DNA of 64,000 nucleotides, from contig CAWHXY010000006.1 in assembly GCA_963833575.1 (NCBI GenBank), forward strand, positions 256,001-320,000, written 5' to 3'. A program made the position numbers and the translations under genes. Source of the DNA: Candidatus Bathyarchaeota archaeon (lineage in GTDB: Archaea; Thermoproteota; Bathyarchaeia; Bathyarchaeales; Bathycorpusculaceae). Below are positions 1 to 10,400 of this stretch, one piece after another (the first letter of the stretch is position 1; the number at the start of each line of letters is the position of its first letter). The notes under the pieces are model-generated. The model was not told where the DNA came from. It saw only the letters and a list, made by a program, of their open reading frames with translations, and searched no databases.

Positions 1-1
1 T

Positions 2-685
2 CCACACTGGCAAAACCCTGAAGAGTTAAAACTTGATGCTGAAGCGCTCCATCATTTAGCTACAGTTATCAAAATCCAAAGCGAATGGGTTAAACATCGG
101 TCAACTTTGCTATATACTGACCCATTTCTTTTGGAAGAAAAAATCCTGCAAACAGCCAAACAGGAAATGGTTAACATTTTTCTGAAAGCTTGGAATCCAC
201 TAATTGAGTTTGAACAAATAAGCCTTAACACTTTGGCACAGGGACTCCTTTATTGGGAAGCATTAGCGCCAATTAATGAAAGATGGAAAGAACTTGAACC
301 TGATGCAGTTTCGAACAGTTTTGCAAGCAGAGAGGAACTGATTAAACAACGAGTGTTAAGTGACGTAGAATTCTCGGATGAACTCACCAATTACTGGAAA
401 GAACTTAAGAACTGTGTTGCCAAAAAAGGAACTGAAGGCAAAATCCACTATTGGGATTTTATCGGGGCTGAAACCTACGAAGAAACAGTTCAAAGAGCCT
501 TCCTGACAAGTTTCTTAGTTACTTATGGCTATGCAACTTTGGAGATTGACAGGTTAGAAGAGGAGATTTTCATAGAACCCTTTGACCAGCCCAGAACAGA
601 ACTCTTAACTCAGCAGTCAACATCCGTTGCTATTGCTGTCTCATGTGAAGATTGGCAAAAATGGAAAAGAGGCGAATTAGATTGA
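2..685 (+). CDS. Probable SMC-complex kleisin (ScpA/Nse4-like), 5'-truncated by window edge
   Basis: Frame is open from position 2 (PHWQNPEELKLDAEALHHLATVIKIQSEW...), so the track start at 107 is internal. It has an N-terminal kleisin-like helix and a C-terminal winged-helix-like segment (YEETVQRAFLTSFLVTYGYATLE...EEEIFI). The stop overlaps the next gene's start (TTGA). Confidence 0.55.
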   Translation, partial: PHWQNPEELKLDAEALHHLATVIKIQSEWVKHRSTLLYTDPFLLEEKILQTAKQEMVNIFLKAWNPLIEFEQISLNTLAQGLLYWEALAPINERWKELEPDAVSNSFASREELIKQRVLSDVEFSDELTNYWKELKNCVAKKGTEGKIHYWDFIGAETYEETVQRAFLTSFLVTYGYATLEIDRLEEEIFIEPFDQPRTELLTQQSTSVAIAVSCEDWQKWKRGELD

Positions 686-1308
686 GCAAGAAAGGCGTTT
701 ATGGCAGCAAAATCAAGAAAGCAACACAAATGCTCTTCTACAAGCGACACCAGAAGCCAGGCGTTAAAGGCTGGGAACTGCACAAAGCGTTAGGCTCAGA
801 TTATGCCAAAGTGCTTGATTTACTTGATGATTATCTCAAACCGCTGGATTTGCAGGTTAAAACAATTTTTGAAGAAGAGAAAACACCGGAAAAACCAACT
901 ACAGAAGAGTTAGATAAAGCAAGATTCTACGTTGCTTTGCGAGGCGACTTAGCGACAAAAGATAAGTTAATGGGTTGGCGCATTGACGATTTAGCAGGCT
1001 TAGCAATAACAATCTCTTACATAATCAGTAAGAAAGGTCAAGCACCAAGGAAAGACGTTGAAAAACTCCTCATCGAGAAAATGCCCAACTGGAAAATCAG
1101 CTTAAACATCGAGAGGTACATTCGCTACGGCTACCTGGGACAAGATGATAATGGACTGATGTTTCTCGATTGGAGAACAAGAGCAGAAGTAGACCAGAAA
1201 GCACTAATCACAATGATTTTGTCGTCCGATGCGGAAAAGGCAGAAACCGCTGACCCCGAGGAAGGGGACGAAAAAGAAGAAATGGAAAAACAAAGAGAAA
1301 GCAAATAA
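682..1308 (+). CDS. Probable KITE subunit (tandem winged helix; ScpB/Nse1-Nse3/MAGE-like)
   Basis: TTG at 682 overlaps the upstream TGA. It has two WH-like halves, a C-terminal YLGQDDNGLMFLDWRTRAEV resembling the MAGE/Nse3 'WGPRA..E' motif, and an acidic tail. Confidence 0.55.
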   Translation: MSKKGVYGSKIKKATQMLFYKRHQKPGVKGWELHKALGSDYAKVLDLLDDYLKPLDLQVKTIFEEEKTPEKPTTEELDKARFYVALRGDLATKDKLMGWRIDDLAGLAITISYIISKKGQAPRKDVEKLLIEKMPNWKISLNIERYIRYGYLGQDDNGLMFLDWRTRAEVDQKALITMILSSDAEKAETADPEEGDEKEEMEKQRESK

Positions 1309-1325
1309 ATCATTTTTGTCTTATG

Positions 1326-2618
1326 CTATGTTTCTGTACTGGCGCTTAGCATTTGCACATCTGAAACTTGTCCTGTGTCAGCGTAGATTCCAATTGTAAC
1401 TTCGTTTATGCCACCTGCATAAGTCTGAGTAAGGCCCATTTCTACGTACCAATAAGGAATCAGTGCTACTGAATTGCCTCGCGTATGAGGTACGAGTTGA
1501 ACAGATAAAGGCGGGTCTACCACGCTAAAACCAGAGACTTGTTTGCCCTCAATCGTCCAAGATAAAGTTTTAACATAGCTTTCAGCAGCAGTTATAGCTT
1601 GCTCTTTTGAGGTAGCTAAACTGGTGCTTCCAACAGTAAACAGGAAGTATCCGTCTGTCATGGTTGTTAACACGTTATTTTGGAAGGTCATCTGTAAGCC
1701 TTTGGCTTGGTAATCAATTCCATCCTGCGAGTACATCCATAAGAACGAAACAGTGCTCCCTGAAACAGAAATCTGCAGTTTAATGTTACCCTGAGTTATC
1801 TCTGTATTATTCAAGGTGTAAACGTTGGCTAAAATGTCAGTCATATTTGTCAAATATGCATCACCCGAGTAGGTCTTGTAACGTGCAAGAATGAATTTAG
1901 CGTTCTGTAATACATCATTGGGCTGAACCTGAGTAAAAATTGGGGCACTTTCAATCATCGTAAGTTCATAACGTGAAAAATGATTATTTCTATATCGCAA
2001 ATATGCATTCAAATTGCTTGTATCGCCCTTGAGAGCGTATTGTATCACTTCTTCAGCAACACCACCGAAATCTGCACGCCACTGCATCGTGTCGCCTAGC
2101 AAAGAAATTGTGTAGTTTCTAGTTTCAATTTGTGTTATATTTTGTAGAAAACTAGCCACTTTATCTGCCCCTATACCCCAAGATAGTAACTGCTGGTTTT
2201 CAGCCGAAATCGAACGTTGGGAAACGGAAAGTTGGTTCATAGAGTTAAATTCAAGGACAATCACGCTGGACAATAACAAAACCGCAACCATTAGCACCCC
2301 AAAAACAGTTTTCCACTTAGAAGTTACTAAACGACGTTTTGGTTCAACTTCATGAACTTCCTCTACGCCCTTCATGGCGCTTACAGTAGCTAATCCAAAA
2401 GCTGACAGCTTATACTGGCTGTTATCCATTTTAGAAACTAGTTCTCCCAGACTTTCAAGATGATATGTCAAATGCGGGGTTGAAACTCCAAGTTCCTCAA
2501 CCATCTCCATAAAAGTCATAGGCTTATTTCCAAGCATTCGAAGAATTTTACGTCTGACAGGATGTTTTAGCGAACTAAACATTGTTGAGTAGATTTCATC
2601 TTCACGCGAGTCAGCCAT
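1326..2618 (-). CDS. Membrane-anchored ArsR-like winged-helix regulator with large extracellular domain
   Basis: N-terminal wHTH (FSSLKHPVRRKILRML...LGVSTPHLTYHLESL), one hydrophobic helix (VFGVLMVAVLLLSSVIVL), then about 300 aa of Asn/Thr/Ser-rich sequence. Confidence 0.75.
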   Translation of the reverse strand: MADSREDEIYSTMFSSLKHPVRRKILRMLGNKPMTFMEMVEELGVSTPHLTYHLESLGELVSKMDNSQYKLSAFGLATVSAMKGVEEVHEVEPKRRLVTSKWKTVFGVLMVAVLLLSSVIVLEFNSMNQLSVSQRSISAENQQLLSWGIGADKVASFLQNITQIETRNYTISLLGDTMQWRADFGGVAEEVIQYALKGDTSNLNAYLRYRNNHFSRYELTMIESAPIFTQVQPNDVLQNAKFILARYKTYSGDAYLTNMTDILANVYTLNNTEITQGNIKLQISVSGSTVSFLWMYSQDGIDYQAKGLQMTFQNNVLTTMTDGYFLFTVGSTSLATSKEQAITAAESYVKTLSWTIEGKQVSGFSVVDPPLSVQLVPHTRGNSVALIPYWYVEMGLTQTYAGGINEVTIGIYADTGQVSDVQMLSASTET

Positions 2619-2876
2619 GCAAACCCCTTTTTACATATGCAATAGGCACAATAGCCTATAAGATTTACATAAAAACAACCGCACTTTATTTGTAAACTGA
2701 CCTTGCAGATATTGAAGAATGAGTTGAAATCTTCTCGGAATTGCTACACTTGCAGATAAATAAATTAAGGTTCGTTAGAAAACGACCATATGGCTGGGGC
2801 TATATGATAGTTAGGTTTAAACAATAAACGATTAGTCAGCGACGTTTCATCGCCATGTCAGCCAGTTACGGACTGC

Positions 2877-3314
2877 TTAGGTGATGCTTACGTTCTGAAT
2901 ATCGAAATACCGTTTTGCTAAAAATCGCAGACGTTCAGCATTTTTGCCGTTTTTGCCTATTGCGACGCCCTTGTCTTTGGGGTTGACAGTTATGACTGCC
3001 ATCTTTTTGCCATCAGTTCTTTCTGTGACCCGTATTTCTCTAACAGCTGCTGGTTTTAGGGCGTTTTTCATGAATGTAACAGGGTCTTCGCTGTACTCGA
3101 TGATTTCGTGTTTTTTGCCTGTCATTCGCTCAAGAGTGTGGATGTTTCTGCCGCCCTTTCCTATGGCAACGCCCACTTGGCCTTGATTGACAATGAATAT
3201 TGCTCGTTGCTCTACTTCATCAACAATGCAGTCTTTTACACTGGCGCCGCTTATGCTTTCAAACAATGCGATATATCGCATTTCGTCGCATGTGATTTTT
3301 ATGCCGGTTGTCAG
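2877..3314 (-). CDS. nusA: Archaeal NusA-like KH-domain transcription factor (probable CTG start)
   Basis: Two KH GxxG motifs (AIGKGG, AIGKNG) and position after L30e. The frame extends 11 codons above the track ATG to CTG at 3314 (LTTGIKITCDEMRY), just after a GGAGG SD. Confidence 0.93.
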   Translation of the reverse strand: MTTGIKITCDEMRYIALFESISGASVKDCIVDEVEQRAIFIVNQGQVGVAIGKGGRNIHTLERMTGKKHEIIEYSEDPVTFMKNALKPAAVREIRVTERTDGKKMAVITVNPKDKGVAIGKNGKNAERLRFLAKRYFDIQNVSIT

Positions 3315-3331
3315 TTTTTTTCCTCCATTTT

Positions 3332-3649
3332 TTAATCTTCTTGTTTAGGTTCTTCTATTATTTTGAGAATGTCTGAGTCCCCTGTTTCTCTGATGCTGAG
3401 GGCTGAAATGATGAAAAGTTTCTTGCAGACTTCCGCTAAATCCATTGAGCCACCTTTGTAGGTTACCACAGGGACATTTGAGATTTCTCCATAGTATTCT
3501 ATCTGTTCTTTTATGTCTTTTGGACAGTTGGAGGCTAAAACAATCATCTTAGCCTTTCCTGTTTTTGCGTTTTGCAATGCAACGTTGGATCCAAAGGATA
3601 CCTTACCTGTTTTCACTGCTGACGCCAACCCTTTATCTATATCTATCAT
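3332..3649 (-). CDS. rpl30e: 50S ribosomal protein L30e
   Basis: AVKTGKVSFGS...GKAKMIVLASNCP...LSIRETGDSDIL; conserved position between rpoA and nusA. Confidence 0.96.
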   Translation of the reverse strand: MIDIDKGLASAVKTGKVSFGSNVALQNAKTGKAKMIVLASNCPKDIKEQIEYYGEISNVPVVTYKGGSMDLAEVCKKLFIISALSIRETGDSDILKIIEEPKQED

Positions 3650-6600
3650 GTTTCTGTCTTTCCTCCTTGTTTTACTTGTTTGTCAAATGTTGACATGTAC
3701 AGTTCTACTAAGCCTGTGCCGATTGGTATTGATTGCCCAACTATAACGTTTTCTGTTACTCCTGCTAAGGGGTCACTTTCGCCTTTCACTGCTGCTTCAA
3801 CAATGTTAGGAACTGTAATTTCGAATGCGGCGCGCGCTAAGACACTGGCTTTCTTGCCGCTGATGCCGTGTCTGCCAATTTGTTGAACATCCCCTGTTGT
3901 GGTCATCATGTCTGCTACCAGCATAACGTGTCTTACGTCAACGTCTAAGCCTTGATCTTCCAAGACACCTTTTGCCTCATTTACTAGCGCATTTCTTGAT
4001 GCTTCTACACCGAGGGTTTTAGCAATTTCGTGAATGTTGTTTGTTGATGTTCTTGAAGTGTCTACGCCAATGACTTCTAAGACTTTGCTGAGGTTTGAGC
4101 CGTCAGTGCGTATTACCCATTCGCCGCTTTCTTCAGTCACTAGTACGCGTTTAATGTCTGGCACACCTTTAACTTGGAAACCTGGGATTTTGCCAAGCAT
4201 TCTCTTTAACTGCTCAACTTTCTTTGGCTTAATTTGTACTGTGTAATCAGTGATTGTAACTGTTGCATTTTGTAATTCCAACCGCTCTTTCAACTCATCC
4301 ATCGTTATTGCTCGGTCATCCATCATAGATTTGCTTAATTCTATAACGATTTCTTCGCGTACGGGGTCTTCGTAGATTGCTGAAGCCAAGTTTTCAACTG
4401 AAGTGTAAATTATGTTTCTTGCGACTTCAACTGCACTTTCCTTGCTCTTCGCATGTTCATCTTTCAGGTAGATAGTCATGATTGGGGTTGAAGGAATTCT
4501 GCGTGCATCAACGATTTCTATGAGTCTGGGTAAGCCTAAAGTGACGTTTTGTTCTTTGACACCTGCGTAATGGAAGGTTCTAAGTGTCATCTGTGTACCT
4601 GGTTCACCGATGGATTGAGCAGCAACAATTCCTACTGCTTCACCTGGCTCCATCAGGGCACGCTTGTATTGCTCTGCGGTTGAAGTTGTAGCTTTTTCTA
4701 CAGCTTTCTTGGTAAGCTTGTTTTTGGCAAAGCCTATTTTGAGTTGATTCAGCAAAATCGGTGTTAGCTGAGTTTCGACACGTTTCAGTTGTTTTTTGAT
4801 TTCGTCAGTGGATGCGGCTTCGCCTTTTTCTTCGCCGATTTTTATTTGATCGATTAGTCGGCTTACGTTAACTGCTTTGCCGTGATCGCTTTTTGCTGGG
4901 TCAACACCGTCTTCTCCATATCTGAACTGGATGATGTCACCTGCTGAATCACGCACGGTACTGTCGTATTCGAGTCGAATGTGTTCCAGTGCGTTAATGA
5001 GCCTTCTTTGCATGTAACCGCTCTGTTGTGTTCGTACGGCTGTGTCGACTAGACCTTCTCTGCCACCCATAGCGTGGAAGAAGAATTCAATCGCGTCCAA
5101 ACCCGTCTGGTAAGAGTTATAGACAAAGCCTCTCGCTCTTGGACTGGGGTCGCCATCTACGAAGTGTGGCAATGCCCTTCCAGCGTAACCTCGCAAGATA
5201 CGTTTGCCTCGGACTGATTGTTGTCCAACGCAAGCAGCCATTTGACCTATGTTTAAGCTTGAACCTCTGGCTCCTGCTCGAGTCATAACGATGCCGGCGT
5301 TATCCAGTGTGAAGTCTTCGTCTGCAATTTTGCCTGATTCATCTCTGGCGACTGCAAGTTCATGCATAACGTAGATTTCGAAGGATTCCTCCATGGTTTG
5401 TCCTGGCAATCGTGGGAGGGTTCCGTTGCGGTAGTTTTCGATGTGTTCGTCGATTTTCTTTTGGATGCGTTCCATGGTTTTTGCCATGCGGTTTCGGGCT
5501 CTTGGTGAGAGAACTAGTTGTTCATAGGTGTAGCTGAAACCTCGCATTGAAATGTACAGTTTTAAGAGATGAGTGATCTTGTTTAGGAATTCCCGTCCTG
5601 CTTGGGTACCGTAGTCTTTGATTATTCTGTGAAGTAGACTTTCGGATTGCTCTGCACCGATGGATTTTCTGTCGATAATTCCTGAGACCAATTGACCGTT
5701 TCTAACCACTACGTAAGCGTCGTGTTTGCATTCTTCTTCTTCGCATTTGGTGCAGCCTTGGCAAATGTTGGCTTTAAGAACATAGTTCAATGTTTTTGGT
5801 AGGAAGAGGCTAAATATTTGTTTGCCTGACCACATGGGTTGGGGTTCTTTTATTTCGGGTATGGGCATTTCGCCGACATATCCGGTTGTAGTCAGTAGTC
5901 TGTTTACTTGGCCTCTGGTCAGGTAGTTTCCGGTTTTAGTAAAGTAGTATGCGCTTGTTACAAAGTCTCTGATTGCGCCAATGATGGGACCGCCGAATCT
6001 GGGTGATAGGATTTGGTCTTGAACCTGCATTAGCAAAAGTGCTTCAGTTCGTGCTTCCTCGCTCTGTGGAACGTGAAGGTTCATTTCGTCGCCGTCAAAG
6101 TCTGCGTTGTACGGTGGGCAAACGCATAGATGTAGGCGGAAGGTTTTGTATGGTAAAACTCGAACGTAATGTGCCATAATGGACATGCGGTGAAGTGAAG
6201 GCTGCCGATTAAAGATTGCAATGTCTCCGTTCTTTAGGTGCCTTTCAACTATGAATCCTAATTCCACGGCTTCAGCGATTTTGGTGCGATCGACAACGAA
6301 TTCTAGTCGGATACGTTTTCCATCTGGCCTGATAATGTATAATGCTCCAGGATAAGTTTCTGGACCGTTAATCACTAGCTTCTTCATTTCCTCAATGTTC
6401 CATGCCGTGATTTTTTCTGGAACAGATAAACGCATGGCCACATCGACTGGAACTCCTACTTCGTTAATGTCAAGGTTAGGATCTGGAGAAATTACTGTTC
6501 GTGCTGAGAAGTCAACTCGTTTGCCTGAAAGGTTGCTTCTGAATCGTCCTTCTTTTCCTTTTAGTCTTTGTGAGAGGGTTTTTAATGCTCTGCCGCTGCG

Positions 6601-7479
6601 GTGTCGTGCTGGCGGAATGCCTGAAGCTTCGTTGTTAAAGTATGTTGTAACGTGGTACTGTAGTAGTTCTGAGAGGTCTTGAATGATAAGTGTTGGTGCA
6701 CCGGCTTCCATGTTTTCTTTTAGACGTTGGTTAATGCGTATGATGTCTACTAGTTTGTGGGTTAAATCGTCTTCAGAGCGAATGCCTGATTCTAAGGTGA
6801 TTGATGGTCGAACGTAAACTGGAGGTACTGGCAAAACCTGTAAAACCATCCATTCTGGGCGAGCAACTTTGGGGTTGAACCCTAAGATTTCAAGGTCTTC
6901 GTCAGATACACGTTCAAGCCTTTCACGAATCATGCTTGGCGTAAGTGGTTCGGAGCCTAATTCAGTTTGTTCAATAAACTTTGTTGGTTTCTCAAAAGTA
7001 ATCTTGAATTGGGCAGAAGCACAGTAGGGACATTGCTTTGCTTTTATTTCAGTCATTATTTCCTTGTAAATTTCATCTGGAATTGTTCCTAAAAGTTCGT
7101 TATACCGTTCAATTCGGGCGCGTGCTTTTTTGGAAGCGTCTTCGGATAAGAGAATGCGACCGCAACTGCGGCAAGTTGCTTTCAAAAGGTCAAAAATGAT
7201 TTTTGTGAATTCAATGTGTACAATTGGTACGGCCAATTCTATGTGTCCGAAGTGCCCTGGGCAGCGAATCGCTGTGTTTCCGCAGGTTTTACAGCGTTGC
7301 CTTGGTTCGAGGGTGCCTAGTCTGCCGTCCATTAAGCCGGCTGTGATTGGTGCTCCGTCTTCGTCGTAGGTGTCTGGAGTTTGGATTTCAACGACTGATT
7401 GTTTACGGAGATCTTTAGGTGAGATTAAACCGAATGAAATTTCATCAACTATTTTATGAATATATTCTTCCTGTGCCAT
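3646..7479 (-). CDS. rpo1: DNA-directed RNA polymerase largest subunit, A' and A'' fused
   Basis: Catalytic YNADFDGDEMN, Zn ribbon CKTC...CPGHFGH, and the A''-type GEPGTQMTLRTFH and ARAAFE motifs in one ORF. The real start is taken as MAQEEY at 7479, just after the rpoB stop. Confidence 0.97.
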   Translation of the reverse strand: MAQEEYIHKIVDEISFGLISPKDLRKQSVVEIQTPDTYDEDGAPITAGLMDGRLGTLEPRQRCKTCGNTAIRCPGHFGHIELAVPIVHIEFTKIIFDLLKATCRSCGRILLSEDASKKARARIERYNELLGTIPDEIYKEIMTEIKAKQCPYCASAQFKITFEKPTKFIEQTELGSEPLTPSMIRERLERVSDEDLEILGFNPKVARPEWMVLQVLPVPPVYVRPSITLESGIRSEDDLTHKLVDIIRINQRLKENMEAGAPTLIIQDLSELLQYHVTTYFNNEASGIPPARHRSGRALKTLSQRLKGKEGRFRSNLSGKRVDFSARTVISPDPNLDINEVGVPVDVAMRLSVPEKITAWNIEEMKKLVINGPETYPGALYIIRPDGKRIRLEFVVDRTKIAEAVELGFIVERHLKNGDIAIFNRQPSLHRMSIMAHYVRVLPYKTFRLHLCVCPPYNADFDGDEMNLHVPQSEEARTEALLLMQVQDQILSPRFGGPIIGAIRDFVTSAYYFTKTGNYLTRGQVNRLLTTTGYVGEMPIPEIKEPQPMWSGKQIFSLFLPKTLNYVLKANICQGCTKCEEEECKHDAYVVVRNGQLVSGIIDRKSIGAEQSESLLHRIIKDYGTQAGREFLNKITHLLKLYISMRGFSYTYEQLVLSPRARNRMAKTMERIQKKIDEHIENYRNGTLPRLPGQTMEESFEIYVMHELAVARDESGKIADEDFTLDNAGIVMTRAGARGSSLNIGQMAACVGQQSVRGKRILRGYAGRALPHFVDGDPSPRARGFVYNSYQTGLDAIEFFFHAMGGREGLVDTAVRTQQSGYMQRRLINALEHIRLEYDSTVRDSAGDIIQFRYGEDGVDPAKSDHGKAVNVSRLIDQIKIGEEKGEAASTDEIKKQLKRVETQLTPILLNQLKIGFAKNKLTKKAVEKATTSTAEQYKRALMEPGEAVGIVAAQSIGEPGTQMTLRTFHYAGVKEQNVTLGLPRLIEIVDARRIPSTPIMTIYLKDEHAKSKESAVEVARNIIYTSVENLASAIYEDPVREEIVIELSKSMMDDRAITMDELKERLELQNATVTITDYTVQIKPKKVEQLKRMLGKIPGFQVKGVPDIKRVLVTEESGEWVIRTDGSNLSKVLEVIGVDTSRTSTNNIHEIAKTLGVEASRNALVNEAKGVLEDQGLDVDVRHVMLVADMMTTTGDVQQIGRHGISGKKASVLARAAFEITVPNIVEAAVKGESDPLAGVTENVIVGQSIPIGTGLVELYMSTFDKQVKQGGKTET

Positions 7480-7481
7480 GA

Positions 7482-10400
7482 TTATGCCTTCTCTTTTAAT
7501 CTTAATTTTGGTGTGATGCAAAGGCTTTGAAGCTCTTGCAGTAGAAGCTTGAAAGCGTAGGATACGATTACTGGTGAAATCTTTGCTTTCTCGTCACATA
7601 TTCTGCAGACATAACGTCTTTGTTTCATGTCAAAGTATGCGATTTGACCACAGTTTTCGCAAATGTAGAGTGTGTATTTGTCTGATTCTTCCAGCAATCG
7701 GTCTCTTAGTAGCATGGCTGCGCCGTGTCCGATTAAGCAGTCTCGTTCCATTTCTCCGAATCTGAGACCCCCACCTCTTGCTCTGCCTTCTGTGGGTTGT
7801 CTTGTTAACATTTGCACTTGTCCTCTGGCTCTGGCATGTATTTTGTCAGCAACCATATGGTGAAGTTTCTGATAGTAAACTACGCCGACGAAAACATCTG
7901 CAACGAATTTCTCACCTGTTGTGCCGTTGTAGAAGACTTCGCCGCCTGTGTGGCTAAAGCCGAGTTTTACTAGACTCTTGCGTATTTCATCGGGTCCTTC
8001 GTTTGAGAATGGCGTTCCATTTGCTGGTCGACCTCTTGCTGATGCTGCTTTTCCTGCGAGTGATTCTATGAATTGACCGATGGTCATTCTTGAGGGGATA
8101 GCGTGTGGGTTGATAATTAGGTCTGGTACGATTCCTTCGTCTGTGAAGGGTAAGTCTTCTTGTGGAACGATTAGGCCTATGACTCCTTTTTGTCCGTGTC
8201 GTGATGCAAATTTGTCTCCGAGTTCTGGAATTCTTTGGTCTCGTACTCGTACTTTTACGAGTTGGCTGCCTTCTCCTGACATTGTGATGAATATTCCGTC
8301 GACGGTTCCTGTTTCTGATGGACGCATGTCTACTGATGTGTCACGCATTGAGGGTCCTTTAACTTCAAATTCTTTGTATTCTTCAAGGAATCTGGGTGGG
8401 CTTATTCTTCCTATTAAGACGTCTCCACCGACTACTTGTGATTCTAAACTGATTATTCCGTCAGGTTCCAGAAGCCTGTAGTATTGTTCGCCTCTATAGC
8501 CTCGGGTTCCTGGTTCTGGGACGGTGAATTTATCTTTTAATCCTCCTAAGTATTGACGGCACTCTGCTTCGTATATTCGGTAGAATGTGGATCTGGCTAA
8601 GCCGCGATCTATGGATGCTTTGTTAAAAATTAAGGCGTCTTCCATGTTGTAGCCTTCGAAGCTTAGTACGGCGACGACGCAGTTTTGTCCGGTAGGACGT
8701 TGTTTGTAACCCATGACTTCCATTAATTCTGTTTCAACCATTGGAACTTGCGGATAATGCAGTATGTGTGAACGTGAATCAACTCGATGGTGGAAGTTGG
8801 TACCATAAACGCCTAGGGCTTGTTTAGCCATGGCCGCTTGGTAAGAGTTACGTGGTGACTGGTTGTGTTCTGGATAGGGAATTGTTGAAGCACAAATGCC
8901 AAGAATTGTGTAAGTGGCTATTTCTACATGGGTGTTTGTTTTTTCAATTTTGTCAAATGTTAAAGCTATGTATGCATTTTCTTCTTCTTCAGCATCTAAA
9001 TATTCGATTAAGCCGTTTTTGACTACGTCTTCCCAAGTCCATTCGCCTAAACCGATTTTCTCGAAGTGTTTTGATTGAAGTTTGGGCTCGCCGTTCTCAA
9101 CGATTATGAGTGGGCGTCTAACTCTGCCTTCGTCACAATTAGCATGTACTTCTTCAGTTTCGGTTTGCATTTTTGAGAAGTAGGTGATGTTTGCTTCTGT
9201 AGAGATTTCTCCAGCTCTTCTTTTCTCTCGGAAAGATTTCACTATGTCCTGTGGGTTGTTGCAGTAGCCAATTATGTTTCCATCAACGAAAACTTTTGCG
9301 CCTGAAATGCGTAATTCACGGCTGGCTTCTCCTGCGGGAACTGAGCCCATTTCAAAAAGTAATTGTTTTACTTTGTCAGGATTTACGCCAACAGCTATTG
9401 ATGCAGACAATGCGAGGTTTTTGACTAAGCCGCAGTTGGAGCCTTCAGGCGTTTCGTTTGGACATAAACGTCCCCAGTGAGTTGGATGTAGGTCTCGGGC
9501 TTCGAAGTTAGGTTGGCTTCTGCTTAATGGCGATTGGAGTCTACGTAGGTGACTTAGAGTTGAAATGTAGTTTGTTCGGTCTAATAGTTGTGTAATGCCA
9601 ACTCTGCCTCTTCCCCAGTTGCCAGTTGCTAATGCATGCTGGAAACGTTCAGTTATGATACCTGGACGAACAGCTGCTGAAACAGTGATTATTGGTCCTT
9701 TAACGCCTATACGTTCAAGCTGATATTTTATGTCTCTTGTTAAGTTTCTAAATGATACACGGAAAAGGTCTGCAAGAAGTGGGCCACCGAGTCGCAGACG
9801 TTTGTTTTTGAAATGGTCTTTGTCATCTGGCTGCCTTCTACCAGTTTTCAGTTGTATAACTCTGTAGGCCATTTCACCTAGGAAAATTGCTTTTTCTTTT
9901 CTGTTGGCTTCACTTCTGCCAAGATGTGGTAAGAAGTTTTTGTCTAGGGCTGTTTCTGCTTTTTGTAAGCGGTATTCTTCAACTTGGCCATGGGCTACAC
10001 GGTTTCCGATGAATAGGATTGCGTCCGAAGGTGTGTCTACGCCGATGGCTTTTTCAAATGACGCGGCAAGTTGGCTTTGCATTTCGCTGTCAAGAGAAAC
10101 TGCTTCTGCAATATCTTTGTCTTTTTCCAGGCTTAAGGCGCGCATGATAACGACGAAGGGGATTTCTGTTGGAACTCCTGGCATGGTGACGTAGATTGCG
10201 TCATCTGACTTGAGTTTAAGTTCAATTCTTGCTCTAAAACCTACGGTTGTTGAGAATATTTTTGCTTGATAAACCGGTGAAGTTCCTTTCTCGTCAATAT
10301 CGACTATTACGCGGTTAGGTGCTAAGTCTTCCATGGCTACGATAACGCGTTCGGAACCGTTAACAACAAAGTAGCCGCCTTGATCGTCTGGATCTTCTCC

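Noticed and set aside
2830-2876. Hairpin with CTGA / GCGATGA / CTGA boxes downstream of nusA (possible C/D sRNA or hammerhead)
   Set aside because: There is no upstream C box, the guide would be only 7 nt, and the hammerhead CUGANGA core is not matched. It is more likely a 3'-UTR or terminator hairpin.
7480-7521. Track's N-terminal extension of the RNAP largest subunit
   Set aside because: It overlaps the rpoB 3' end; ATG 7479 directly after the rpoB stop is the natural start.
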